Below, one piece after another: positions 12,601 to 25,480 of a stretch of 64,000 bases of DNA. The notes below the pieces were generated by a model. It ran no database searches, was not told the origin of the DNA, and saw only the letters and a program-made list of their open reading frames with translations. Numbering within the stretch: position 1 is the stretch's first letter; each line of letters starts with the position of its first letter. Position numbers and translations under genes: made by a program. The stretch comes from Chiloscyllium plagiosum (taxonomy: Eukaryota): positions 5,791,488 through 5,855,487 of the forward strand of contig NC_057753.1 of assembly GCF_004010195.1 (NCBI RefSeq), given 5' to 3'.

Positions 12601-13305
12601 GAGTGCTGCTGAATAAAGAGACCGTGGAGTGTAGGTTCATAGCTCATTGAAAGTGGAGTAGCAGATAGATAGTATACTGAAGAAGGCGTTTGGTCAGAAT
12701 ATTGAGTACAGAAGTGGTAGGTTATGTTGCAGCTGTACATGACATTGGTTAGGCCTCTGTTGGAGTATTGCATGCAATTCTGGTCTCCTTCCTATTGGAA
12801 AGCTGTAGTGAAACTTGAAAGGGCTCAGAAAAGATTTACAAGGATGTTGGAGAATTTGAGTTATAGAGAGAGGCTGATCACACTGGGGCTGTTTCCCTGG
12901 AGTGTCGGACATGGAGGGATGACCTCATAGAGGTTTACAAAGTCATGAGGAGCATAGATAGGGTAAATAGACAAAGTCTTTTCCCTGGGGTCGCGGAGTC
13001 CAGAACTAGAGGGCATAGGTTTAGGGTGAAAGGGGAAAGATATAAAGAGAGCTAAGGGGCAACGTTTTCACACAGACGGTCGTATGTGTCGGGAATGAGC
13101 TGCCAGAGGAAGTGGTAGAGGCTGTTACAATTGCAACATTTAAAAGGCATTTGCAAGGGTATATGAATAGGAAGGGTTTGGAGGGATATGGGCCGGGTGC
13201 TGGCAGGTGAGACTAGATTGGGTTGGGATATCTGGTCGGCATGGACTGGTTGGACCGAAGGGTCTGTCTCCATGCTGTGCATCTCTATGACGCTGTGAGT
13301 CTATA
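9620..13305 (+). mobile_element. Near-full-length defective CR1 (HER1-like) LINE in the unit 2 intron: ORF1 with SGNH/GDSL esterase motif, ORF2 APE endonuclease and RT
   Basis: IVLGDSLVRG...VCCFPGARIKDV; CIYFNARGL...AITETWL; KSPGPDQVYPRIL, YRPVSLTSVVGK, SKFADD; tail ctctatgac. Stops, frameshifts and an internal deletion near 11120. Confidence 0.92.
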
Positions 13306-14057
13306 ATGTGTGTCAAAGACAATTGAACCGACAAATAACATATATTGGAAGACAAAGAAAAAAATTGTATACTCATTGAAAGTAACACAAACCCAAATAC
13401 AGAAGAAACTATCAGATCACATCACTTAATTGATGAAAATGCTAACGTGGTTTTATATCTAAACTTTAAGGATGGAGACAAACAAACTCATGGACAATGT
13501 CTCAGTGGTGATTAAATGTGGCTGCTTGCAATGATTTGCTGTGAAATTGTTCACTCTGGGCAACTTTGGCGTCCAATTTACTCAACAATACTGTGGGTTT
13601 CCCTTCAGGTGTTTCAATTTACTCCCACAGTCCAAGGATGTGCAGGAGAATTGGATTGGCCATGCTAAATTGCCTGTATTGTCCAGGAATATGCAGTGGA
13701 TGTGAATTACCCTTTATTAATGTAGAGTTACAGGAATTGCTACGGATGAGCCTGGGTCTTTGCATATCTATTGGGTAAGTGGCTTCTTTCCACACGCTGT
13801 GGATTGTCTCACTCTGTGAATATGTTCAACCAGAATGAAGTGAATAGCGAATACATTTGTCCAAGTACATCGGCATTGGGAAACTAAGGAGATACTGAGA
13901 TTTTCTCCTAAATACTTGAGATTTTTGGTGTCAATCTGGAAATTGGACTTGACCGATGTTGCAGTCTAATTTGGATATCTCGATTTCTCCGATGTAACGC
14001 TTCCTTGGTTGGGCATTGGGTGGAACAAATAACTGATCAATGTCATTCTGTTACGAC

Positions 14058-14360
14058 TAGATTCCCTATAAGGGTGTGGAAACAGGCCCATCGGCCTAAC
14101 AGGTCCACACCGACCCTCCAAACAGCAACCCACTCATACCCATTCCCCTACATTTACCAGTCACTAATGCAGCTAACACTACGTGCAATTTATCATGGCC
14201 AAGTAACTAACCTGCACATATTTGGTCTGTGGGTGGAAACCCATGCAGACACGGGGAGAATGTGCAAACTCCACACAGACAGTTGCCCGAGACAGGAATT
14301 GAACCCAGGTCCCTGGCGCTGCGAGGCATCAGTGCTAACCACTGAGCCACCATGCCGCCC
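14058..14360 (-). mobile_element. HE1-type tRNA-derived SINE
   Basis: Minus strand reads ggcggcatggtggctcagtggttagcactg (A box)...gggttcaattcc (B box)...tgtggagtttgcacattctccccgtgtctg. Confidence 0.9.
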
Positions 14361-15404
14361 CAGAATAATTAAAACAGAAAACATGCACGTGGTACAATCA
14401 GGTGTGATACATCTTTAATGCAGAGAAACTGTAGAAGATATGAACGATGTGAAATAATGTCCAATTCAAGGACGAGAAGGAAATCTCAATTCAGCAGTAA
14501 GAAATTCAGAATATTCAGTGATAGAGCATGTGAAAGAGGAGAGAGCGGTTGAAATAGTGACTATTAGTGACAGAGGACAGAAATATTGTGTTGTGAGGTC
14601 TGGCCAAACACATACCAGTCATTATAAGGTGTTGTTCAGATTACTCATGTATCTATTAATCTTTCAAGGCTTAATGATGCTCCTTCAACGAATTCATCTC
14701 TAAACTCATTGTGATAGCTACGATTAACATGAAAGATGACATTTAGTCTCTTCACCTACATTATGAATGTACATTGCGTGGTCCACAAAGAAATGCAGTG
14801 AGACCCAAACATGGAACTTCTGGTCAATGAGAAAACTACTACTGACAATGGTTCAAGTCACGTCAGATGGAGAGAATTTTCTTGTTTCAGCCAAATGGGT
14901 CACTGACTAATTTGATATTTACTGTGACAGCGTCGAAGTCAATGCTGTGATAGATCTACATTTATAACGTGATATCATTATAAGAATTCGCTTATTGTGA
15001 AGTCATAGACTCGCTAACATTAAGGGTATTTAAATGGGCATTGGATAATCAAACGGATGAAAATGCAATAGTGTGGGTTAGATGGCCTTCAGATTGGTTG
15101 CACAGGTCGGTCGAGCACCGAGGGCCAAAGGCCCTGTACCACGTTGCATTGTTCTATATTCAATGCGACAATGAAAATACACCATGGGTCCACATCAGCA
15201 TGCTCATTACAGTACAGTCATTTGCCACATGGACTGTGCGAAAAATACAGCAGTCCTTCATTTACAAAGAAGTAATAATTTGATAGGCACGTTTAATTAC
15301 AATACTGGCATCATTTGCAACACAGCTTTAAACGTGTATGAGAATTTTTCTTCAGGAATATTGCCAATGCCACAATGGAACTGGGTTTACATCAAAATAG
15401 TTTA

Positions 15405-15558
15405 AGGTAAACACAATGACTGCAGATGCTGGAAATCAGATTCTGGATCAATGGTGCTGGAAGAGCACAGCAGTTCAGGCAGGATCCGAGGAGTTTTTTT
15501 GCTGAAGCTCCTCGGATGCTGCCTGAACTGCTTGCTCTTCCAGCACCATTGATCCAGA
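15405..15558. mobile_element. Palindromic Penelope-derived short element, ribozyme loop deleted
   Basis: 14-bp TSD atcaaaatagttta (15391-15404 / 15559-15572); ~55-bp inverted arms; empty site in the paralogous intron at ~22800. Confidence 0.8.
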
Positions 15559-15689
15559 ATCAAAATAGTTTAGCCTAATTCAACAGGAGGAGGGGCCACA
15601 GACTGTAAGCAGAATAAGGGCGTCGCATTGTATGGGAAACAACCAAATCAATGAGAGTGCAACGATATCAGTTTTCATTGGCTAAGGCA

Positions 15690-17700
15690 TGGCTGGTTGG
15701 CTTTTACTGTAATTCTCAAGGAATCACAGAGAAACAGATGAAATAAATTCATGAAAGTCTGAGATTGTAACTATCCTAACGACGTGGTTGAGGGACGGGC
15801 AGGGTTGATAACCTAACATTCCAGGATATTGAATCTCCAGGCGACATACAAGAAAGTAAAAGAGGAGGAGGTTTTGCAGTACTATTTAAGTAGTCAATTC
15901 CTGCAATAGCGAGAGATGATATCTTGCAGAGTGCATTGTGGATTTCTGGATACAGCATAGGAATTAAAAAGGAAGTAAAAAGAGTCATCTGCATTGTGAC
16001 CTGTTTATTATAGACTTCCAGTTTGTCAGCAGGAAACCGAGGAGCCCAATGCACGGAGGTGTGTAAAAATAAAACCAAAAGGGGCACTGATTTCATCGTT
16101 TCCATCGTTAACTGCTGTAGACACAGTGTTAAGGAATTGGATGGAGTGGATTTCTTGACATGTGTCGTCAAGAAGTTTCAGAGCAATCTGCACAGAGTGC
16201 AAAATGGACAAAGTTGGTTTGGAACCTTTTCTGGGGAATGAAGCCGGGCAGCTAATGCAGGTGGTAATGTGGGAGTGGTGGGTGCTCGCATTTTCATGAC
16301 AGCGATCGGAGCATGGTAAAAATTAAGCTTCTTCAGGACAAAAACAGACAGTTAGGTTTTAAAAACGGAAGTTTTGGAATGGGAGGGAAAAGCGCTTAGT
16401 TAAATAAGGAAGGGTCTGTCCAAGCTAGACGGAGGAGAAAAACATTTGGACGGTTCAAAAGGAAATGGGTAGGATAGAAGCCCAACATTCTCGTTCTACG
16501 GTGGTAACAAGACTAACAAGCCAGGAGACCTGTGAATGAACTGTGGGTGCTTCCATCATCAGAGAGGTCATGCCTTTCAAATTTTATAGATTTTTTGTGG
16601 ATATGACCAGGTGTGTACATGAGGATAGTGCAGTGAATACATTTGATATGGAGTATAACAAAGCTTTCGACAATTTCCACATTGATGACTTACCAAAAAA
16701 GCCTAAGCACATGGGATACAAGGGAATTTGATCAAGTGGATTCAAAATTGGTTCATTTCCAGGAGACTAGTCCAGAAGGTTAGATCACATGCAATCCAAG
16801 GAGAGAGAGATGATTGGATTCAAAGTTGGCTCGATAGTAGGGCGCAGCGAGAATGGTTGTGGACTTCAGGCCTGTGACTAATGTTGTGTAAAAGGGGTGG
16901 GTGCTGAGCTCTTTGATATTTGTTATTTCCATAAATGATATCTATCTAATGCAGTAGGCATGATCAGTAAGATTGCAGATAAAACAAAATTAGGAGGTAT
17001 TGTTGATAGCGAGGAAGGTCATTAAATTTTACAGACGGATCTTGGTCAGATGGGGAAGTGGGAAGGCGATTAGCAAATGGAATTTAGTACAGAGAAATGT
17101 GAGGTGTTGCACTCTGGAAAGTCAAACCACGGCAGAACTTGTACAGAAACCGGTCAGTTCCTGAGTCGAAGGAGAAAGTGAGTACTGCAGATGCTGCAGA
17201 TCCGAATCAAAAGGTGTGGTACTTGAATAGCACAGCTGGTCAGGCAGCATCCGAGGAGCAGGAGAGTCAACGTTTTGAGAATATGCATTCCTGATGACGA
17301 GCTGATGCTCGAAACGTCGACTGTCCTGCACCTCGGATGCTGCCTGACTGGCTGTGCTTTTCCTGTACTACAGACCCTGCCGAGTGTTGTCGAACTGAGG
17401 AGTACATGTACATTGTTCGGAGAAAACGGCTTCAAAGGAAACAGAGTGGTGAAAAAGGATTTAACCTGCTGGCCTTCATCAGTCAAGGCTGTGCTTTCCC
17501 AGTACTACAGACCCTGACGAGTGTTGTCGAACTGAGGAGTACATGTACATTGTTCGGAGAAAACGGCTTCAAAGGAAACAGAGTGGTGAAAAAGGATTTA
17601 ACCTGCTGGCCTTCATCAGTCAAGGCAATGAGTAAAGGAAATGGAACATTATGGTACAGTTGTCTCAGTCATTTGTGAGGTGGTACTGAGAGTATGTTAT
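15690..17700 (+). mobile_element. Old degraded CR1 LINE in the unit 2 intron, containing a hammerhead-bearing hairpin element (~17170-17365)
   Basis: Homologous to 22930-25480 and 1-1150; CTGATGA-c-GAGC-tgat-GCTC-GAAA-CGTC at 17291-17318. Confidence 0.75.
17350..17623 (+). repeat. 137-bp direct tandem duplication (2 units)
   Basis: 17350-17486 repeated at 17487-17623 with few mismatches; ggc microhomology at the junctions. Confidence 0.9.
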
Positions 17701-18008
17701 CCATGTTATACAAAAGACATTGTTAGACCTAAATATGTTACAAGAATGTACACTCTTAATTCAGAGAAAATGAAATCATCAAATTGAATGAATTATAGAT
17801 GCGTTAAGACATTGAAGGTATTTTAAAAAACATTCCAAACACAAACACATCAGCCAAATGAAGTAAATCTACTCACGAAGTGGGATAATACATCACATGG
17901 AACAGGACAAAGGGTAAAGACTCTTAGAAAATGGATGACTGTTAAAATGGGAGAATAGATACAGCTAACCAATGATTCCCGCAGCGAGTAACTAACTACA
18001 ATAATTAC

Positions 18009-18078
18009 CTGGAAGGCCAATAGCTGCAAGGACGGGGTAGTAAATGGTGAAGACCAGCCCACTTGGCATTCCATGCAT
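18009..18078 (-). CDS. GPR139-like: GPR139-like GPCR unit 2, coding exon 1 (MHGMPSGLVFTIYYPVLAAIGLP + 1 nt)
   Basis: ATG at 18078, 70 nt, donor G|GTAATT. Joins in frame to 9464 to give YYPVLAAIGLPANLAVIVIL, similar to GPR139 TM1 (YY..LL.LGLPAN). Nearest upstream exon 1. Confidence 0.88.
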
Positions 18079-18129
18079 TTCTAAGCGAAGGTCTGACCAT
18101 GTCCAACACAATATTGAAAACCTGGTAAA

Positions 18130-18191
18130 TTTATACAAGGTTTCAGGCTCCAGGGAGCTAATTAAACTGTTTTGTTTCTACAGAAGCCAAT
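18130..18191 (-). promoter_or_regulatory. Putative proximal promoter of unit 2 (TATA + O/E-like + TAATTA + CCAAT)
   Basis: Same module as 1579-1640 at offset 16551. Confidence 0.55.
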
Positions 18192-19249
18192 TTACTGTAA
18201 GGAAAGAGGTGGCTCAGCTTAGATATAATATAATTTTATCTTCTTTCATAGAATCCGAGAAGTTGCTTAAAAAATGTACGGCATAATCCAGCTTGTACTT
18301 CTTCTCTTTGGAAAAAGAAACTAGCTGCTTCGATACAAGTCCCAGACCAAATCAATCAGATTAAAGATTGACTTCTTGAAAAATGCAAGCAAGTTCAAGT
18401 AGACTGCTCTCAGAGAGTGTTTCTCACTTTTTGTGAGAATAATTTAGGCACTTAGAGAAGCACTGAGGGTGACAAGGGCGCAGAATGCATTCTGGCTGGG
18501 GATTTCAGTGTTTGACATAAAGAGTGGCTCAGCAGCAGCATTGGGTTGGGTCCGAATGTCTATGAAACCAAGACTAGTTTGTGGCTGGTGGGGAGTGAAC
18601 CAATCACAGTGAAATACATATTCGACCTCATCCCTGCCAGCTGCATTTTTCATGACAGCATCAATAAGAGTGACCACCTCCGAATCCTTGAGAAGGCAAG
18701 GTAGTGCCTTCACATTGAGAATGCTTTCCATGGTGTTGTGCAATACCTTCACCGGACGAAATGGGACAAGATTTGAACAGATTCAGCAACTCAATTCTGG
18801 GCACCAGGAGTCGCTGCGAGCATTAATACTTCAGAATGGCACTCCAGCACAATCATCATCACACGTCATGTACCCCAATCAATCATCGCAATTAAGTCCA
18901 AATCAATGGAGAGGGCAGGAGGGCATTCCAGGAGCAGCGCCAAAAATATATGACAATGAGGTGTCTCCTTGGTTAAACTACCAAATAGGCCATGTTGGTC
19001 AACATGGACCAGTTTGGGACAAAGGGCCTTTTCCTGTGCTGTGACTCTATAAGTACATGATCAGTTGTACATGAAAGCAGCATTAGCAGCAAGTGATAGT
19101 CAGAGCGAAACAAGCCGACACCCAATAATCTAAACTCTGCCATTTCATTCACCTCTGGAGGAATGGAGGCAGTGTTGTGTCCTTACTTATAAGTAGCATC
19201 AACGTGGGATGACAAGGACGGATTGTTGGTGATCATCACTTCTCAGAAC

Positions 19250-20500
19250 TCGACCGTGTCCACCCCAGCACTATTGAAGTATATAGCGCCTTGCCCCCCA
19301 AAGGCTTTCATCTTGCAGACATTGAGGGACCAATTGGTATTTTTACACCACATAAGCACTCTATGTCTTACCTGTATTCTTTCTCGTCTTTGCTGAGTTC
19401 TTGCTTATAATGGTGCTATCATCAGTTATCATGTCGATGGGGCTTGAAGAGAATGTGCTCACACAGTCATTAGTATAGAGGCAGCGTAGCAAAGGGATGA
19501 GCTCGCAGCCTTGTGGAGTAGTGATGTTGAAGACTATTGTTCAGGATGTGTAGGTGCCCATTCCCACTGATTGCTGTCTGTGGTCAGGAAGTCAAGGGTC
19601 CAGTTTTAGAGGGCGGAATAGAGGTCTCAAAGCCTGGAGATTAGTTTCGTTCGAATTATGCGATTGACGGTGGACATTTAAGTCAATAGGTGGGAGCCTG
19701 AGTTAGTTACCATTTTTATTCAGGAATGAGTGCAGTTCCAGGTAGATGGCATCTGTCAGGTGGATCTGTTATCATGGTAGGTGACTTGCAAGGGATCAAT
19801 GTAGGCTGGGAGGCTAGGGTTGATGTAAGCCTTGACTAGCCTCTTGTAGCACTTTGTAATAATGGAGGTCAGCGGCACTGGGCTGCAGTCACTGGGAATA
19901 CTGAAGAAGGTTTCTGTGGCACTGGGATAATGGCGATGTTCTTGAAGCAGGTGGAGTCTTCAATTCCTAATAAGGAGAGGTTAGTAATGTCAGCAAATAT
20001 GCCCTACAGCTGGAAAGCACAGGATCTGAATGCATGGCCAGAGACTCCACCTGGGGCCATCGCTTTAGTTGGGTTCACTCTCAAAAACGCATCTCTGTGT
20101 CTGCTGCGGGGACTGGTGGAAGAGGTATGTCGAAGTCTGTGGGGGGAGGGAACATCATTTGAATGACCTACTGAGCATAAAATGCGTTTGGCGCATGAGG
20201 CAGGGATGTGTTTTTGTCTGATATTCTGTTCCATTCTGCTCTGTAGCTCATTTGGTCACACACGCCTCCCCACAGATGGTAGGAGTCCATGCAGTTAGTT
20301 TGGGTCACTAATGTAGTCCGATATTGCCACTTGGCATTTCTAATGGCCTGACAGAGGCCATATCTGGATTTCCTATAAAAGGTCAGGATCATCACATTTG
20401 AACACCTCACAACCAGACTTCAGGAGGGAAGGGATCTCCCAGATCATCCATTGTGTCCACTTGAGCAACATACAGGTTAACGTCTTTGGCACTTAACCTT
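19250..20500 (-). mobile_element. Rex1/Babar-like LINE RT fragment (duplicated copy)
   Basis: Paralog of 2700-3780, retaining ~167 bp that is deleted in the other copy. Confidence 0.75.
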
Positions 20501-21638
20501 TTCCACACTTGTTAATGCCAAAGAATGATGTTCAGGAAAGACAAACTACGTGGAGAGATTTAATGAGTTGAAGGGAGTGGGTAACGGTCTGGCAGATGTA
20601 ATTAAAAAGTCGGTAAATGGGAGAGTGCCCGCTTTGGAAACAAAAATAGTAGGTCAGAATATTATTTAAATAGTGAAAGGTTGCAGCATGCTGTTGTTCA
20701 GAGTGACTTGGGAGTGGTTGTACATGAATTGCTAACAGTTGATTTGCGGGTGCAACAAGTAATTGGGAAGGCAAACGGGATATTGGCTTTCATTGATAGA
20801 GGGATTGAATTTAAGAGCAGGGAGGCTCTGCTGCAATTGCACAAGGTGATGGTGTGGCCACACCTGGTGTTTTGTGCGCATTTCTTGGGTTCCTTACTTG
20901 AGGAAAAATATAATGACTTTGGAGGCGGTGCAGAGGAGGTTCTCCAGCTTTATTGCAGAGTTACCCTTTGAGGAGAGCATTTTGTATCAGAATTTACTGT
21001 CAAAAAGGACATGGAACATACAGAATCTCGGGCAATAGGTGGTTACGTCTTGGAAAATGTCCATATTTCAGAGGAGGATCTGCTGGATATCTTGAAACGC
21101 ATGAAAGTGGATACATCACCACGTCCTGATCATGTGTAACCCTAGAACTCTGTGGGAAGCTAGAGAAGTGATTGCTGGGCCTGTTACTGAGATATTTGTA
21201 TCATTAATAGTTCTCAGCTGAGGCACTGGAAGACTGGATGTTGGCTAATATGGTGCCACTGTTTAAGAAAGGTGGTAGGGATAAGCCAGGGAACCGTAGA
21301 CCAGCGAGCCTGACGTCAGTGGAGGGCAAGCTGTTGGAGGGAATCCTGAGGGACAAGATGTACATGTATTTGGAAAGGCAAGGACTAATTAGAGTAGTCA
21401 AGATGCTTTTGTGCGTGGGAAATCATGTCTCACAAACTTGATTGAGTTTTTTGAAGGATCTTGATCAGATGAGCCAATGGGCTGAGAAGTGGCAGATGGA
21501 GTTTTATTTAGATAAATTTGAGGTGCTGCATTTTGGGAAAGCAAATCTTAGCAGGACTTCTATGGTAAGGTCCTAGGGAGTGTTGTTGAATAAACAGACC
21601 TTAGAGTGCAGGTTTATAGCTCCTTGAAAGTGAAGTCG

Positions 21639-22138
21639 NNNNNNNNNNNNNNNNNNNNNNNNNNNNNNNNNNNNNNNNNNNNNNNNNNNNNNNNNNNNNN
21701 NNNNNNNNNNNNNNNNNNNNNNNNNNNNNNNNNNNNNNNNNNNNNNNNNNNNNNNNNNNNNNNNNNNNNNNNNNNNNNNNNNNNNNNNNNNNNNNNNNNN
21801 NNNNNNNNNNNNNNNNNNNNNNNNNNNNNNNNNNNNNNNNNNNNNNNNNNNNNNNNNNNNNNNNNNNNNNNNNNNNNNNNNNNNNNNNNNNNNNNNNNNN
21901 NNNNNNNNNNNNNNNNNNNNNNNNNNNNNNNNNNNNNNNNNNNNNNNNNNNNNNNNNNNNNNNNNNNNNNNNNNNNNNNNNNNNNNNNNNNNNNNNNNNN
22001 NNNNNNNNNNNNNNNNNNNNNNNNNNNNNNNNNNNNNNNNNNNNNNNNNNNNNNNNNNNNNNNNNNNNNNNNNNNNNNNNNNNNNNNNNNNNNNNNNNNN
22101 NNNNNNNNNNNNNNNNNNNNNNNNNNNNNNNNNNNNNN
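21639..22138. other. Assembly gap (500 N)
   Basis: Run of N. Confidence 0.99.
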
Positions 22139-22322
22139 AGGCTGCATACTGGGGTGATAAACAGGAAGCTGAATGGGAAATAAATCCCAGCAATCCGGTT
22201 TAATATTACAGCCGTGACTATGAGCATGAGATCCGTTATTGCCATGGACAGCAGGTAATAGGTAATACATGCAGAGAGACCACAGCTTCGTCGACACAGG
22301 ATGACAATCACTGCCAGATTAG
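22139..22322 (-). CDS. GPR139-like: GPR139-like GPCR unit 3, exon 2 (5' part; remainder lost in assembly gap)
   Basis: Acceptor ...gtatttcAG at 22324-22323. Translates ANLAVIVILCRRSCGLSACITYYLLSMAITDLMLIVTAVILNRIAGIYFPFSFLFITPVCS, a close paralog of unit 2, with no stop before the Ns. Confidence 0.88.
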
Positions 22323-22929
22323 CTGAAATACAGAGCGGAAGAGAGCCAGATGGACTGGCATACAGAATTTATGTGATAGAGGCATTGTGAATAGTCAAAT
22401 TACTTATTCAACTCGAAAGGAAATCAGCAGCTTTAATGACACATCTCTACATTTCAGTGAAATGTTCTTGTTCTCAATGATTCAATCAATGACAATGTTG
22501 ACATTTATTGTGCCACCATGTAATCCAATACTGTAATAAATCCACGTTTATACCTGGCATCATTGTAAAAATTGACCCATAGTGACTATAGAAATAACAC
22601 CATGAACCTACATCGGCATGCTAATTACGGTATAGTTAGTCTCCTCATAAACTGTGCAAGAAACACAGCAGCTCTTCAAGTACACGGAAATAATCATTCA
22701 GTAAGGCACTTTTCGTAGCAGCTCTGACACATTTGCATTTTTAAACGTGTGTGAGAATTCATCAACAGGAAAATTGCCTAATCCACAATGGAACTGGATT
22801 TACATCATAACAGATTAGCCCACATTGGCAGGAGGTGTCGGCACAGACCGTTAGCAGAATAAGGGCACTGCATCACCCAGTAAAATAATCAATTCATGGA
22901 GTGTGCAGCTTTATTAATTTTCAACGGGG

Positions 22930-25480
22930 TAAGGCGTGGCTGGACGGCCTTTACTTTAATTCCAACTGTAAAACGCATGAGCTAAAGGCATGAAATTGTG
23001 ATATAATATCTATCCCAATACTCTGGTTGTGGGAGGGGGAGGGTTGCTTGCTCAACATTCCAGGATGTGGAAGCTCCAGGCTAGACAGAGGAGGGGGTAA
23101 AAGAGGAAATGGTATTACATTATTAGTTAAGGAAATAACTACTGCAAGAGGGAGAGGTGATATCTTGGAGCGAGTATTGAATGACGCCTTCTGGATACAG
23201 CATAGGAATAAACAAAAGGAGCAGCCACTTTGTTAGATGTTTACTATAGACCTCCAGAGAGTCATCGGGAAATTGAGGAGCGGATTTGTACCCAATACGC
23301 GGAGGTGTGCAAACAAAATGGCTGGTGATTTCAACTTTCCCGGCATGTACTGAAGTAGACATGGTGTTATGGGCTTGGACGGACTGGATTTCTTGAAATG
23401 TATACACAAGAACCTTTAGACCAATATGTAAAGAGTTAAACAAGGGATGGATGCACTTGACCTAATTCTGGGGAATGAAGCTGGACAGGCAGTTGAGGTG
23501 ATAATTGGGATACTTGTTCAGGATAGCGATCAAAGCATGGTCCAATTTAAGCTTCTACTAGAAAAAAAAGACACGTTGCAACAAAATCTTTTTGAATTGG
23601 AGAGAAGAGCTGAGTTAATAAGACGGCATCTGACCAAGGTCGGTACAGGAAATAAACAAAATAGCAGTAGGACCATTCATAAAGGAAATGGGAGGATACA
23701 AGCCAAACATGTTCCCTCAAGGGTGATCCGAAGATTAACAAGCCCAAAGAACTCTGGATGACCAAAGATATTCAGAATACAATGCGAAGGAAGAGAGAGC
23801 TTTTTTTTTATCAGGTACACGAGGACAAAATCAATAAAAAATGCAGAGTGGAGCTTGAGAAAGCAATGAGGAAAGCAAAAACGGAATATGACAAGGCTCT
23901 GGTTGGTAAAAATAGGGCAAGTCTCAAAATCGTCAATAAGTATGTCAATGGGAAGAGGATAACCAAGAATAGAATAGGGCCCAGTAGGGAACAAGGGGGC
24001 AATCTGTGTGTGGGGCCAGAGGAAAACTGGTAGAGCTTTGAACTAATGTTGTATGTGAATATTCACCTGAGAGAATGGGGATGGAGCTATGGAACCCAAG
24101 GAGAGAGAGTGCGAGGTTCTTGGAGTTATTTAAAGTGTTTACGGGCTTAAAAGTGAACAAATAACTAGGTCCAGATGAATTGTGTTACAGATTGTTGTGG
24201 GAGGCAAGGGAAGCGTTGCAGAGGCACTGACCTGAATTTTGTACTTCCAATATGTGCCCGGAGGTGGGGGTGCCAGAGGACCAGAGAACAGCTAATGTGG
24301 ATCCAATACTTAAAAAGGGTTGTAAAGAAACGTCAGTGGACTACAGGCCAGTGATCTCATGTCAGTGGTAGAGAAAATATTAGAGAAAATTCTGACTAAG
24401 AATGTTTATCCCTACTTGGAGATACAAATGCTGCTCGAGAATAGACAGTCATGCCTATCAAATTTTATCGACTGTTTGAGGAGATGACCAGGTCGTGCAT
24501 CTGATGTAGTCCGTATGGATTACAACAAAGCTTTTGACAAAATTGGTTCAGTTGTAGGAAATAGAGGGTGGTAACTGGAAGCCAGTGTCTACTGGCATAT
24601 CACAGGGGTCTGTGCTCAGTTCACTACTATTTGTCATTTATAGGTGACGTATGGGTGACATACAGTTTGGTCAGATGGTTAACAGTGAGGTTGAGTGTCT
24701 GAGGCTACAAGAGGCGAGGCATTTTGGAAAGAGTAATTTGACAAGGGAGTACTCAATTAACAGCGTGACTCTAGGAAATTCAGTTGAACAAAGGAACCCT
24801 GACATGTTTGCCCATAAATCTCTGAAGGTAGAAGGGCATGTTGGGTAGAATGATGACAACAGCAGATGGGACATATGCCTTTATCAATCGGGCAATAGGT
24901 TATATGAGCAGGCCAATCATGCTGGAGTTGCATGGAACATTGGCGAGATCACAGCAAGAGTACGGTGTGCACTGCTGGTAGCCACATTACAGGATGGATG
25001 CGATTGTACTGGAGGGGGTTGTGGGAGGGGGCAGAGCAGATTCAGCAGGATGCAGCCTGGGATGGAAAATTGAAGTTCAGAAGACAGATGGATCGGCTTG
25101 GATTGATTTTCTTGGAGCTGAGAAAACCGAGGAGCGGTCTGAGAATGTGCAGAATTAAAGGGTGTATGGACAGAATGGATAAGAAAGCAGCTGTTCCTTT
25201 TAGCTCAAGGGTCATTCACTAGGGGACACAGGTTTAAGGTGACCTGTAGAAGGTTTTGAGAGAGTGTGACGAATAACTATTTCTGTATGGTGACGTTCTG
25301 GAATTCACTGGGCGGGTGGATACAGGAGAGTTACCTCACATTCTTTAACACGTCCCCAGATGAGCACTAGACACGTCCTAACATTCAAGGCTGTGGGCCA
25401 AGTTCTGGCAAATGGGATCAGGTTGAAAGTCAGGTGATTCTCACCTGTGGAAGGGCCTGTTATGGCCGCATGATGCTATG
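22930..25480 (+). mobile_element. Old degraded CR1 LINE ORF2 in the unit 3 intron
   Basis: LDLILGNEAGQ, KYVNGKRITKNRIGP and RT 3' remnants. Confidence 0.8.

Larger units (their letters stand above)
17622..21638 (+). repeat. Segmental duplication copy B (paralog of 1071-4921), ending at a gap
   Basis: Same exon 1, promoter and nested LINE fragments as copy A. Confidence 0.95.

Noticed and set aside
14290..14360. tRNA gene (also near 27550-27606 and 62097-62160)
   Set aside because: A/B boxes belong to tRNA-derived SINE heads followed by SINE body; no complete cloverleaf.
21573..22311. Long ORFs with X runs (also 38500-39303 and 41116-41919)
   Set aside because: Artefacts of translating N gaps.
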